Of a DNA stretch of 64,000 nt, positions 38,392 to 52,434 are shown piece after piece. The DNA is taken from positions 2,046,001-2,110,000 of the forward strand of contig NC_043009.1 of assembly GCF_006345805.1 (NCBI RefSeq), given 5' to 3'. Numbering within the stretch: position 1 is the stretch's first letter; every line of letters starts with the position of its first letter. The stretch is from Octopus sinensis (Eukaryota). A program made the translations under genes and the position numbers. Under the pieces are notes generated by a model. The model was given only the letters and a program-made list of their open reading frames with translations, was not told the origin of the DNA and did not search any database.

Positions 38392-39280
38392 TTAGGTTGG
38401 CGACTAAGTTCTCGCCGTTTTCTAAAATTAAAATTTTTAAAGGGTTTAATAAAATATAACAACTAATTAATCAATAATGTATTCACCCCTGTTGTTTCTT
38501 CCCAACGTTCAAGAAGATTTTCAATACCCCGTTGGTAGAAATCACCCGATTTCGACTCAAAAAATTGATCCAACCAAGCTCTCAATTCTGTATCAGTTCT
38601 ATCTGTTGATGCAATTCGTAATGGATAATCCCTTCCCAGTCCCACCATACCCACAACATCGTTTTACACGGATGAAGATCTTGTTTCACGCGCGGTGTCG
38701 CTTGTTTACCGGCGCTAAGCCATTCCTTACGCTGCTTTATATCTATGTACAGGCACCATTTTTCGTTGCCAGTAAAAATTTGGTAAAGAAATCGTTGCTT
38801 GTGTCCATGAGTTGAGCAGTGACGATCAAGCAAACCAGCAGAGATTGTGGCTGGTTGATTTTTGTTGTTGTCATACTCCATACTTCTGAACCTCTCCCAT
38901 CGAGTGAATATGCTTCTCTATAGCAGTGTGGGAGCGTTCCATTTTCTCTGCCAGTTCCCTTGTCGTTTGACAAGAATTTTCGTACAAAAGTGTGTTTAAT
39001 TGCTCTTCATCGAACTCAACTGGACGGCCAGAAAGAGGTGCGTCTTTGATGTCAAAATTTCCATTTTTGAACTTGGCATACCAATCACGAGCGGCTCTTT
39101 CAGCTATGGCACCCTCTCCATACACAGCATAAATGCCGCGAGCAGCTTTTGCAGCCTTAGAGCATTTAATAAAAGCAAAAAGAAGGAGGTAGATTCCAAA
39201 ATGATTCAAAAATAGAATTCCCGAAAAAAAAAAAAAAATTCCAAAATTCCAAAAAGGCGGGAACTTAGTTGCCAACCCAA
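38392..39280 (-). mobile_element. Mariner (Tc1/mariner) element with both TIRs, internally deleted
   Basis: TIRs ttaggttggcgactaagttctcgccgtttt / aaaaggcgggaacttagttgccaacccaa; TA TSD at 38390-91 and 39281-82. Transposase pieces DAPLSGRP, IFTGNEKW, KTMLWVWWDWEGIIHYEL, FYQRGIENLLERW. Confidence 0.95.
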
Positions 39281-39373
39281 TATTTCACCCTAAGTTACCA
39301 GCTTACTGAAAGATGGCGTATCCTGTTGAGGGCTGTGTCACAATCATGCACGCATTATACGTTCTTTATTCGA

Positions 39374-39770
39374 GGAGGCGAGCTGGCAGAAACGTTAGCA
39401 TGCTGGGCGAAATGATTAGCGGTAGTTCGTCGTCTTTACGTTCTGAGTTCAAATTCCGCCTTGGCCGACTTTGCCTTTCATCCTTTCGGAGTCGATTAAA
39501 TAAGTACCAGTTACGCACTGGGTTCGATATAATCGATTTAATCCTGTCCTTGTTTATTCCCCCTCTATAGTTAGCCCTTTGTGGGTAGTAAAGAAATAGA
39601 TATTTCGTCAGCAGTTACGTTCTGAGTTCGAACTCTGCCTTGGTCGACTTTACTTTTCATCCTTTCAGGGTCGATAAATTAAGTACCAGTTACGTACTGG
39701 AGTCGATATAATCGACTGGCTCCCACCCCCAAATTTAGGGCCTTGTGCCTAGAGTAGAAAAGATATGTTT
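39374..39770 (+). mobile_element. SINE family A, full copy followed by a partial tandem copy
   Basis: ggaggcgagctggcagaaacgttagc...; second gagttcgaactctgccttggtcgac... from ~39600. Confidence 0.85.
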
Positions 39771-40171
39771 TTAATTGACCACTGGCTACATTATTGACTC
39801 GACTATTTGAGTATCTGTCGTCTGTTATTTGGCCATATATACAATCAATGGAGGGGTTAAATAGGTACAGAAATTCTTTTTGAAGTTTTAGAAATTTCTT
39901 TTTACTTTTACTTGTTTCAGTCATGTTGGTGCACTTCCTTGAAGTGTTTTAGTCAAGTTGTCGATCCCAGTAAGTATTGTCTTTCTTCGAAAATCTGGTA
40001 GAAATTCTAGCGGTTTCTTTCGATGAAACGCTAAGCTACGGAGACGTAAACAACCCAACACTTGTTGTCAAGCAGTGGAATGACTAACGTAGACACAAAG
40101 ACACACGTACACAAACACATTAACATATATGGAGGTGTGGAAGCCAGTTGTAGATTTATTATATATATATA

Positions 40172-40225
<54 letters not shown>

Positions 40226-41692
40226 ATCATTCGCCATGTTGTACCGATGAAATCCACAAGTTTTTTTTTCATTCTCTCTCTGTTTATTTTCTCTTATTTC
40301 TTTCTGTTGAAGAGCGTAGGCTCAAAACGTATAAGACTTTTTCATTCTTCCCGAGCATCAAACTAATGCACCTGCTTCTAGCTCATACACATGTCTTTGT
40401 CTTTTGTTTGACGGGCTTCCATATAGTTTTCATCAACCAAATTTACCTACATGAAATTTGTCCGCCTGGTGTTATACATAGAAAACATTTGCCCAGGGCG
40501 CCCCGGAGTGGGACTAAAACTGAAAGTATATGTTTTCAATGTGGGCTTACCCATAATGTGAACAATACAATTTATCACACATGAGATCATAAAATACCAG
40601 CCAGTTCTCTATTTGCGTAAATTTTATCTGTATAAACTTGTTTTGAAAATATCCCTGATCTTGTTCTCGTGCAAGGAATTACTGTCTATCAACGGATAAT
40701 CAATGATGGAGCGAATACATTAAGGTAAGTGTCATGTAGACGTGTTAATCTTCTCGTGTGTTCAACCCCCTAGCCTGATTTAAATTATCGTTGAGCGATT
40801 TCAATTGTCTCGTGTCTGTACGGAAGGGCAAACTGAATAGCCTAAAGAGGGACGCGCTGCTGTAAGACAAAACTTAACCTTGATACGTTACACGAATACA
40901 ATGTTTCCAGCGTTGCCTCCTGCCAACAATTCACTAAATGGTTATGGGACATTAAAAATTCACTTCGTTTTCAAATACGTTTAACAGTTTCTCATCTTAT
41001 CTTACTCATGCGTCTGCCATTGACAACCGACGCAACTTCTCAGCCAAGAGGGTTAAGTTAAGCAATTTAACATTCCAAGCCTAACGTCAGCTGTCATCAC
41101 TAATACACATAGATTACGAAATGATGTATTAAATAAGAATCGGAATATTAATGCAAGTCGAAATATTTTATCAACGAAAAATCAATTTAGAATCTCCTCC
41201 TTTTAATAGAGCTGAGACGGATATGCTTTCGTGCGCGTTTTGAAATGCCAGAGGCAATTTCTTTACAAAGTGCCAACTCAATGCCGACCTACATTTACTT
41301 ATTTACATTAGTTTAATGACGATTTAGTGGTGGCAAATGGACGGGATATGAGTAAAATCATAATTTTGAATTCTGAATATATTTCTAAACTTCTCTCTTC
41401 TCGAATACTTAGGATAAACGTACAAGGGGAAATTTATGGACAAGATCACGTGTAGACATTTATGCAGATATTGATTTCCTTTCCAAGGGCACAAGAAGAA
41501 GAATTTATATGAAAACGGAATATCGGAAGTCTCTCTCCTCTTGTCTTAGGCTCGCGTTCTCTCTTTTTCCTCCCCTCCTTCTTTCCCTCTCTTTGCTGAG
41601 AGGTCAACAAAATGAGGGGAATGGAATGATGTCAACAGGGAAACGAAACAAGATCTACGACTCACCAGAAGATGACTTTCCATACGCACGCA

Positions 41693-41734
<42 letters not shown>

Positions 41735-42016
41735 TCAGTAGCAAATTAAAAGCAGTGCTAGTGATGTAAGCATTATCGATCTCACATACTCAATCAATGT
41801 GTTGCGTGTGTTTGTCGCATTCGCTGCGACATAACGCTTGGGGACTATCCCTGATAACGCTTGAAGATAAAACACCTAAATAAGGTCAAGGTGCCCAAGC
41901 GCTCTCTCGCCACGAATCCGGCGAACAAGCAAAACACATACATTGAATACACAATCGATAATGTTTACACCACTAGAACTGCTTTTAATTCGTTATTGAA
42001 TATATTTTTACATGTA

Positions 42017-42115
42017 CATCGACGTGGCATATCACCAAATAGTTCCGACACTGGCGATTCCTGCCTAAAATGAATCGCTAGTGTCAGAACTATTTGCTGA
42101 TGTGCCACCGCGATG
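42017..42115. other. 99-nt imperfect hairpin (44-bp arms, 38/44 complementary, 11-nt loop)
   Basis: catcgacgtggcatatcaccaaatagttccgacactggcgattc / gaatcgctagtgtcagaactatttgctgatgtgccaccgcgatg. Confidence 0.85.
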
Positions 42116-42601
42116 TTTCTCGAGGTGGTGATTAAGCTCTGCAGTAATTTTGGGAGCTGTACTTTTGCGATCCTTTCTAAGAATTCACCTAAGCGTTCGA
42201 CGGTCCCATCAGAAAGTTTTGGTTTTCTTCCGGTCTTTTGTTTCGACGATGAGGTTTCTCCTTCTTTCTCAAATGCTGTCATCACTTTCGAGTCTGAACT
42301 TCTTGATACACGAAACATTTCGGCTGTTTTCGTTACACTAACGTCTGCCATACGAGAACCAACAATTTGATTTTTGGAAAGTCCGATAGCTCTGTCATTT
42401 TAATGAATTTTAATTATCTTTTATCTGATGATATCTAAAGAGAAACAGTAATTTTAGCAAAACATATTAAGCAACCCAAATAATAAATCGAAATAATAAT
42501 GAATAATAAATAAAAATAAACAAGAATTTTGCGGCTTTATGGATACTTGAAAATTATGATGCTATGACGCTAGATCTTTTCATTATTTTGTCCAATCCCT
42601 G
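42113..42601 (-). mobile_element. Tc1-like transposon 5' fragment (same family as 51014)
   Basis: TIR cagggattggacaaaataatg after TA. MADVSVTKTAEMFRVSRSSDSKVM...TGRKPKLSD (ORF 41965..42351). Confidence 0.9.
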
Positions 42602-42780
42602 TATATATATATATATATATATGTCTGTGTGTATGTATCTGTGTGTGTATGTGCCTATATGCATATATATATATATATAGCAAATACCGCCCCCCCCGAA
42701 AAAAACGGAGAAGAAACAACAATGTGTGGACGTGGTGCATGCAAAGTATTAGCAGACGCTCAGGGAACGAAAGAAAGGTA

Positions 42781-42816
42781 GTTTTTACGCTTCGAGCAAA
42801 GCTCTTCATCAGAAAC
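42781..42816 (-). ncRNA. HHR-like motif with canonical CUGAUGA plus extra A; GAAA mutated to GAAG
   Basis: gttt CTGATGA A GAGC TTT GCTC GAAGC GT A aaaac. Confidence 0.55.
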
Positions 42817-42872
42817 AGGAGAGGAAGGAAGTCCAAAAAGAAGGAAGGCGGAGTGATATCCAACGTCTTTTT

Positions 42873-43295
42873 GCTATTAAAATTTGCTTTTCAAGGGACA
42901 TTGTGACGTAATCAATTCTTGTGATAAAGTGGTCTCGCCATTTTGGATGCTTGGAAAATAAGATTGAGTCTAGAGAGTGAACCAAGGGAGATAACAAGGG
43001 GCAAGGGGGACAACTAAGTCCTCTGTATTACGTTTGAAGTGGTCAAGTTTGTATATTAAGGTGTGGACTGTATGAACAGGTTTACCTTACAAAAGTACAG
43101 TCCACACCTTAATATACAAACTTGACTACTTCAAAAATAATACTGAGGAGTTAGTTGTCTCCCTTGCAGCCTGTTACCTCCCTTGGTCCACTCTCTAGAC
43201 TCATTTTTATTTTTCAAGCATCCAAAATGGCGAGACACCTTTATTAAAAGAATTGACTACTTCACAATGTCCCTTGAAAAGCAAATTTAAATAGC
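42873..43295. repeat. Fold-back inverted repeat, arms 42873-43072 and 43096-43295, 23-nt spacer
   Basis: ...taaggtgtggactgta / tacagtccacacctta...; more diverged than the 34.6-kb palindrome. The right arm continues into gaaaaccggtt. Confidence 0.9.
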
Positions 43296-43503
43296 GAAAA
43301 CCGGTTGGTTATCACTAGAGCCATAAAATATGTATATATTTTAAAAGAAAAATTCTTTATAAAATGATATTAAACTACGTGAAACGAAGGCATTTCTCTT
43401 CCACTTTTTATATATGTTTTCCACATATTTTCAACTCATAATTTTGCCATGTGTTGTATACTGAATCTGCAGTATTTTTGCTCCATTTATATACTTTTAT
43501 ATT

Positions 43504-43548
<45 letters not shown>

Positions 43549-43550
43549 TC

Positions 43551-43595
<45 letters not shown>

Positions 43596-43665
43596 ATTGA
43601 TATAGGATAAAACTTTTTTCGGGAAAAAAATTTTATCAATGGCCAGCATATCAAAAAATGCCTTT

Positions 43666-43701
<36 letters not shown>

Positions 43702-43744
43702 TATATATCTATATATTATAGCATACATTCATACATACATACAT

Positions 43745-44839
43745 TAGTAGTAGTAGAAATAGTAGTAGCGGATGATTATTAGTTTTAGTAGTAGTAGTAG
43801 TATCAGTAATAGAAGGAGGAGGTGTATTAATAGTTGTAGTAGTAGTAGTAGTACATTTAGTAGTAGCGGTAATAGTAGTAGTAGCAGGAGGAGGAGGAGG
43901 AATAATAGTTGTAGTAGTAGTTGTACATTTAGTAGAAGTAGGAGTAGGAGGAGCACTGCTACGGGTATTAGCAGAAGAAAGAAGAAAAGGAAAAGCGGAG
44001 AAGAGGAAGACGTAGAAGAAGAAGGATAAATGTGAGACTGGAAAGTAAGTGATGATGATGACCATCGTCATCATCGTCATCATTACCCTTAACAGCAGCA
44101 TCAAACCTATCTTTATCATCAGCACCACTATCACCATCACCATCACCAACATCATCATCACCATCGCCAGCACCACCACCATCATCATCGTCATTGTCAT
44201 CATCGTTGTCGTCCTTTTCCTCCTCTTCCTCGTTGTCGTCGTCGTCCTCCTTCTTTCTTCTCCTCCCCCTCCTCTTCATCATCATCAACGTTGTGATGCT
44301 CCATTGTCGTCGTCGTAGGAATTATCATCATTATCATAATCCCCAGTACCATCCTCCTCCTCATCATCATCATCATCCTCCTCCTCCTCGTCATCATCAT
44401 AATATTCATCATCATCATGATCATCATCATCAATAACAACAACGTCATCATTAACCATTATCACCATCATCGTCGAAGTAGTCATCATCACCATCCTCCT
44501 CCTCCTCATCATCATCGTTGCTGTCGTCGTCGTCGTCGTCATCATCATCATCAGTATCATCATAATCATCATCATCATCATCCTCATCTTCATCACCATC
44601 ATCATCATCATCGCCATTATCATCATTATCATCATAATCACAATCATCATCATCATCATCATCATCATCGCCATCATCATCATCATCATTATCATAATCA
44701 CAATCATCAACATTATCGTCGTCATCATCATCATCATCATCATCGTCTTCGTTGTCGTCATCGTCATTATCGTCGTCATCATCATAATCATCATCATCAT
44801 CATCATCATCATCATACATCGTCATCGTCATTATCGTCG

Positions 44840-44877
<38 letters not shown>

Positions 44878-44915
44878 GTCGTCGTCTTCGTCGTCGCCAT
44901 CGCCATCATCATCCT
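43745..44915. repeat. Compound trinucleotide arrays (TAG/AGT, GAA, CAT/ATC, CGT)
   Basis: Direct reading. Source of the poly-His, poly-Asp and poly-Met ORFs. Confidence 0.95.
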
Positions 44916-45280
44916 CGTTTCGGAACTATGCAACTGATATCATCTTACGACGTAATCGAACACCATATTTATAAGAGCACGTAACGAGATAAACCAGAAA
45001 ATCTCTTTCTATGAATTTGCTTAGTGCTGATTCGGTTAATCCTTCGCTAGCTTCACCAAATTTGATTGTCGAGGTCAGACAATCGTCCCTCGTTTTGTCG
45101 TAATGAGAAACAGCACAATATCGATTCGTTACGCTGCGCTGTTATGTATGATGTATTGCTGATCTTTATGTACAGTTACCGTGTCTTGGATGCGGCGATA
45201 ATGTTGATATCTGGCCAGTGAATGTGTCTCGGAGATGTTATCGCAATCATTGCGAGTACGTACTTGCAAATACACACACA

Positions 45281-45342
<62 letters not shown>

Positions 45343-46554
45343 ACATACATCCATCCATCCATCCATACATATATATATATATATATGTTGATATACTCAT
45401 GCACACACCTATGAGCGTAAACGAATACATAACTAGACTCATGCACAAATATAAACACAGATACACACCTACACACGCACACGAACACATTTAGAAATTT
45501 ATGCATATGCAGATACACTCATACATATTTACATCCATCCATCGATACATACATACATACATACATATACAGTCCGACGCGTATACAAACACACACTTAC
45601 ACACAAACATATACGTGTGTATGTGTTTGTGTACGTGTGTGTATGTGTGTTTGTTTAAATGTTTGTATCTTATAACTTTTGCTTTACGTGTGTCCACCAT
45701 ATTTTCCATATTTCTCTGGATTTCTGCTCAGCACCCATAACACACACACACACACACGAGCACACACATACGCACACACACACACGCGCGAAAACACGGA
45801 CCAACACGCACGCACTCGCAAATACGTCTAAAGTCATCAATCTTTAAAGAACATAAGGTGATCGAACATCGTGTAATAAAGATAAGATCTTTGTAAGTTA
45901 TCTCCCTTCGCAAAATGGATTATATTTCTTGTTTGAAGGACTTCGCTGAATTAAATGTCTCTGACGCCTTCATGAAAGCGCACAAGTTTCTTAAGCAAAA
46001 TGTCCTCCTAGCCGTAAACATTTCCGGTTTTACGATGGTGTAAATAATATATGAATAGATAAATACATGCATGCGTACATGTATATGAAAATAATAGACC
46101 GCACATATCGCTGTTTTGGACAGACGAGAAAAAGTGTGTATCGTCAGGGAGGTAAATGTCTCTCCGAAACCTCCAGCTTCTATATTCAAATTATAAATTC
46201 ACATTGATAGCAATAATAACTGGTGCATGTGATTCTTTGAATAAATGTCCAAGTGACAATCTAGGCAAGAAATCATCCAGCTAACGCGCACGTTACGTAT
46301 GTAGTCAAAATGGAGAAGAAAATGTGAAAGACCGTTCTCATGTTCTAAACGTGAGTTTATTCTTGTTATCTACATTCTAGGCTTTGGCGTGGGTATGTGA
46401 GGGGAATTTTTAGTTCCCAACCACATGGTTCCGGTTTCAATCCCACTGTGTGGCAATTTCGGTAAGTGTCTTCTACTAAAAAACCTTCGATTAAAACCTT
46501 GTCAGTGGAAACTGACTGAAGGAACCCCGTCGTGTATATATGTATGAATGTATG

Positions 46555-46617
<63 letters not shown>

Positions 46618-46983
46618 GTGTGTGTGCGTGCGTATGTGTGTGTTTGCCAGTGTTTTCCACCGCCACCGCTTGAAAGCTGGTGCTGGTTTGTTTACGTCCC
46701 CGAAACCTTGCGGTTCTGCAAGTGGTACACAGCATGGCCGCCGACATATCAGTATCTGATGAGGCATAATGACGCAGAAATATGTGCCATACGTTCCGAT
46801 GACGCTCTCCTTAGCAGAGTGGTGTTGTTTCGCACATTATCTATCAGGGGAATTTCCATCCTGGAAATTTCTAAAGTGAAGTTCTTTCCAAGTGCGTGTC
46901 GTAGACCACCTTTCAACCAAATTAGCAGTACCACGTCATGTGAAAATTTCTACCCACTGATCCCACAGCCGCTAGCCTCAATA

Positions 46984-47215
46984 CCTATTTCTTTACTATA
47001 CACAAGGGGATAAACACAGAGAGGAAAAACAAGGACATACAAACGGATTAAGTCGATTATTTTGAACCCTGTGCGTAACTGGTACTTATTTAATCGACCC
47101 CGAAAAGATGAAAGGCAAAGTCGACCTCTGTGGAATTTGAACTCAGAAGGTAACGGCTGACGAAATACGGCTGCGCATTTCGCCCGGCGTGCTAACGATT
47201 CTGCCAGCTTGCCGC
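46984..47215 (-). mobile_element. SINE family A, near full length
   Basis: Reverse complement of the 39374 consensus. Confidence 0.85.
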
Positions 47216-47801
47216 TAGTCTCAATACTACCTTACAACTTGGTTGCGCATGTCAATCTTGTATATATGAAGATTGTTATGAGCAGGGAAGGTGACCGTAC
47301 ATATCCATGTGGTAAAAATAAATCAGGAAAGAATCGATGGGCAAATTTTGAGGGCAAAAACCAACTGGCTACAGACCCAGGGGTAGACAAAAAGAAAGAA
47401 TTACGTAGCTGTCCGCAACGCGTCAGTTTAAATAACTATGTTCTCTAACAGGCACAAATTCACTGCAGATAATTATTCTCTGCAGAATTATTTCCGGTAT
47501 TTTGGCTCGCCAAAACGAAGACTTTTGAAATATAACCCCAAATGTAACTGGTAGAACTGTATACATGTTCAATCTCATGCGGACGTCTCGTGTGTAGTTC
47601 TTCAATTTATATTTAGCTATGACGATCACACTGACGAGCTGCGGGTAACAACGAAACTGCTTTGTGATTAATATGCATATTTTATATCTTTTCATTTGTC
47701 TTGCTCGCTTACATTCTAGCGTTTGCTAAATTTTCTTGAGAACATTTCTTTCTTAGTGGTAGACTTCTAGCATAATGGATGTCCACTTAGTGGTCATCCC
47801 T

Positions 47802-47858
<57 letters not shown>

Positions 47859-47911
47859 GTACATATATTGAAAGAGATTAAATGTATTACTAATTCTACT
47901 TCGTAATAATC

Positions 47912-47960
<49 letters not shown>

Positions 47961-47963
<3 letters not shown>

Positions 47964-48730
47964 GAAAGCCACAGCTTATTCTGCTGGGTATGATGAAAAG
48001 TGTCAGCTGTCTATAGCCAGCAGACTAAGGTGACACTTGTTTACTGGTCATGCTTCAAGAAGCCTGCAAATAATTCTTGCAGTTCCAGTCTTTTTCAGCC
48101 ATGCTGGTAGTTGAGTGCTGATACTTTCAAGTGCGCCAATTACTATTGGTATAGCGTGTACTCTCCTCATTGACCAAAATCTTCGTATTTCCTACTTCAA
48201 ATCCTCATAGTTGTTTTTTTTTCTTTTCTTCCTTTACATGAATCCCGTTGTGCCCGGGGCTTACTATATCGATTATAATACCTGTTCTTTTTTTTAATTT
48301 TTATTCATTGTCCGGTTTCCGATGTCTGGTCGGGTGATCGCACCGGATCATTACGTCCCACAGAAATTTGCAATTTTCATTTTCGGTGACTCTTGGAGTT
48401 TTCGTTTACCACGTTTTTGTTCTTTGTAGGCCGTGATTTCCACAGAGCTCCCAATGGATCATTCTTGCCACATTGTCATAGTGTCTTTTGTATTCGCGCT
48501 GTGCCAATTCCGAACATTCACTAACGATATGCCATAACGTTTCACCCCTCTCACCACACATTCTGCATTTGTCGCTATCTGAGGTGTTGTTTATACTCTA
48601 CTTCATATAGTTGCTCCTTGATGCTTGTTCCTGAGCTGCGTATATGAGTGCTTCTGTCTCTCTCTTCAGGTCACACCCTCTCATCCATAGCCACCGGTCC
48701 TCTAAATCTGTCTTGGCGTTCACATCTCTT
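47961..48730 (-). mobile_element. 3' fragment of an R4/Dong-like (restriction-like endonuclease) non-LTR retrotransposon
   Basis: Minus translation DKCRMCGERGETLWHIVSEC...EYKRHYDNVARMIHWELC...ENENCKFLWD...RKPD, with stops. 3' end abuts (TAA)n (plus-strand (TTA)n 47915-47961). Confidence 0.85.
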
Positions 48731-50688
48731 GCAAACTAATCTTACATTTTCTTTTCCTTCCATGCTTTTTCTTATGGTTAAGGTAATATATTTAGAATTA
48801 TCCAACGGAATATATCTCTAAATTCTTATGATATGAGAATAGTTACTGGATTTATATACTAGCTATTGAATAACCTATTTTGAATACCTAATTGTGAGTA
48901 AAAACACGCACAAAAGAAAAGGAAGACGTTGTAGATCTGAGAACAGCTCCCGCTTCGTTGATTCGACATAATCAGGATTCTTTAATGTTCCAGACATTTC
49001 TATCCACTGTAGTCTCTACTTACGTTAATGAAACGTGCTCATATCTTATTACTCTGTTAAGAATATTACCAATACAAAAAACAAAAGCAAAAAAGAACGA
49101 AATTGTAAATGTCATGTTATTTCACGTCGTATGGAATCCGTAACCCACAATTTAACTTCTTTTTTTCTGTCTTAAACGCAATTAACAATAGCTTATATAG
49201 CGTAGAATATTATTTCTGCCTATCCTCTTAGTACAGTACCTTACTAATAATTATAGGATATATGCTGACTTGAAGGGAACGCATTTCTGTGTCTATTTTC
49301 GCAAAAAAGAAAAGACAAATATATATATATATGCATATATATTGTCCAGTGAAGCTTTCGATTTTATAGGTTGCAATAAATCATAATTATAAGCTCATTA
49401 TATTTTCATATCGCACCGAGTCTATAACAGCGATTTTATTTTTCATTCCTCGTTGTATTAATTGACCTTTACTATAGATTTTATACAGTATCGTGAGCAA
49501 CATAAATAACATGCTGAGCATGGACTATTATTTCACATTTTCCTAAATATATGGCTGTCTGGTTAAGAAGCTTAATTTGCAAACAAGAACCGATTCAGGT
49601 TCAGTGCCACTTAGAATGTGCGACACCTTGGACATCTTCTATGTTTGTTCCGGGCCAAGTAATGCGTTGTGAGTGACTTTGGTAGAGATAAATTGTGTGG
49701 AAGCTCGGCTTTGAAAGCAACAAGTAGCGTATTTGGCGTGGGAGAATATCGAAAACACGATGAATACTAGCTCCAGCATTGGAGCCACAACTATCAGCCT
49801 TGTTAACTAACTGGTTAATCTTCAGCTGAATTAAAAAGGGAACCTTTTATTCACGATTGTAGTGATTTTCGACTGAAACTTGAATTTAGCCTGCAGCGAG
49901 TTACTACAAACAACATGGCTGGACACAACAACAACAACAACACAATCGAGGAACAGAACGAAAACAACAGCTTAACGGATTAACAATTTCTTTCTAGCTG
50001 TAGTTATAAGAGAAATCGTAACTACAAAACTCATTTCTCTTGGAGTTATCAATTGGATAATATGAGTATGCCTAGATATGCAACTATGTGCATGAGAGTA
50101 CATACATGAAACATACAAATCTGCACATACATACATACATACAAAAATATCCTGTTCATAATGTTGAAATTCCAATGAAGGAGCCTTGGATCTAGGTTAG
50201 AAACCGGCTCTTTCTCTATTGGCAAGACATCTGACGTAGCTTGCTTGCCAACCACATAGTTCCAGTTTCCGTCCAATGACTGAAACAAGGAGAAGACACA
50301 AAACAAACGATATAGGATTTAATGCCCAAGCATTTCTGCACACTCTTACTGGAAGAATAATATCTATGTAAGTAGAGATCCTTTTCGGACTTCCCTGATT
50401 CTCTTCTGAGCCAAATGCAGGCGACGCGACCGTACCTCAAGGGATAGGAAACACTATGGTGATTCATAAATTAACGATGGTTGAAATTAACTATAAAATA
50501 CTAAACTGTACAATTGATGTAACCAATTATAAGTTAATCTATTTTGTTGTCTCGAATTGATAATGCTTTGGGTCAAAATCCGCGTTAATGAGAACAGCTG
50601 CTCAGGAAATACGTTATAGCAATCTTCAAAAACTTGCTCTTCCGACATTTTTCACCTTTCAACCGGAAGCAATATGAAATTTAAATAA

Positions 50689-50761
<73 letters not shown>

Positions 50762-50866
50762 ATATATATGTATATATGTAATAGATATACTCACATACAT
50801 ACTACACACGCACACACACGCAACACATACACACGCACATATATATATACATACATACATATATAT

Positions 50867-50948
<82 letters not shown>

Positions 50949-51013
50949 AATATATATATATATATATTATATATATATATATTTATATATTTATACATAC
51001 ATACACATATATA

Positions 51014-52126
51014 CACGGGTTGGACAAAATAATGGAAACACCTAGCATCATAGCATCATAATTTTGAAATATCTATAAAACTGTCAAAAGCTAGTTTACT
51101 TTTATGTTCTTTGATTTATTATTAATATGATTTGCTAAAATTGCTATTTCTTTTCAGGTATCATAAAAAAGTTAATTAAAATTCATTAAAGTGACAGATA
51201 TATCGGTCTTTCAAAGATATCATATTGTTATTGCCCGTATGACAAGCGCTAGCATAAGGAAAACAGCCGAAATGTTTCATGTATCAAGATGTACTGTCTC
51301 AAAAGTAATGAAGCCTATGAGAAAGCGAAAAAACCTCCTCGTCGAAGCAAAATTCCCGAAGGAAACCAAAACTTTCAGATAGGGACCGTCGAACTCTTAC
51401 GCGAATTGTTAGAAAGGATCACAAAAGTACAGCTCTCAAAATTACTGCAGTGGTTAATAACCACTTCGAGAACCCAATTTCCACAAAAAACTTTTCACCG
51501 GGTTCTGCACAATACCGGATTCCTCGGGAGGACTGCTATAAGAAAACCACTACTTTCAAAAACAAACGTTGTCAAGCCTTTGGCGTGCAGTAAAAACCTA
51601 CAGAATTGGTCCCGAGAGCAGCGTAAGAATGTTATTTTCTCAGATGAGTCATCCTTTGCTTTATTTGCGACTACCGGCCGAGTATGCGTGTGGAGACAGC
51701 CAAAAGAAGCATTTGACCTAAACCGCCTTCTTCCAACTGTTAAGCATGGTGGAATATTTTTGATGATCTGGGTGCTATATCTTGGAAATCCGCCGGCACA
51801 ATGGTTTCCCTTGATGGCAGAATTATCAAAACTATTTAAGGATTTTATCTGATCAAATTCATTCCATGGTTGCGGAACTCTTGTCGGAGGGAAACGCAAT
51901 CTTTCAAGATGATAAATCCACGAATTCACACAGCTAAAGTTGTTACTGAATGGCACGAGGAACATCTATTGAAGTTGAACATCTTATCTGGTCACCACAG
52001 TCGCCAGATCTCAATATTATTGAACATTTATGGTGCATTTTAGAAAAGCAAGTACGGAGTCGATATCGTCCACCATCATCACTACAAGAACTTGAGACTG
52101 TTTTAGCTGAAGAATGGACAAAAATT
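51014..52126 (+). mobile_element. Tc1-like transposon (DD34E-type), frameshifted and 3'-truncated
   Basis: TA|CACGGGTTGGACAAAATAATGG TIR. KNVIFSDESSF, VKHGG, FQDD, WSPQSPDLNIIEHLW motifs. Confidence 0.95.
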
Positions 52127-52264
52127 CGAACGGGAACGTGGAACTCCGAGTAACAGCTTTTGTTATATTTCTGCTGCTTTGAAATAAAGCATATTACTCT
52201 ACCTCTGGTATTAGAGTACTCTTTTTTCCACCTTGTTTCACATTTATGTGCTTAGTCTGGTGTA
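52127..52264 (+). mobile_element. Short PLE-terminus-like insert (3' half of HHR plus tail), same family as 62226-62440
   Basis: gaacgggaacgtggaactccgagtaacagcttttgttatatttc...cacatttatgtgctta, followed by (TA)n. Confidence 0.7.
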
Positions 52265-52265
52265 A

Positions 52266-52296
<31 letters not shown>

Positions 52297-52354
52297 TATG
52301 TATGTATATATATATATATATATGTCTGTCTGCCTGTCTCTGACTTTTTCTGTC

Positions 52355-52434
<80 letters not shown>

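Noticed and set aside
43709-44974. Poly-His, poly-Asp, poly-Met and poly-Ser ORFs
   Set aside because: Trinucleotide arrays are open in most frames on both strands, with no unique coding flanks or splice support.
50171-50214. HHR-like ...tgaaggagcc...ggttagaaaccggct
   Set aside because: The core does not fit YUGANGA and no stem I can be drawn.
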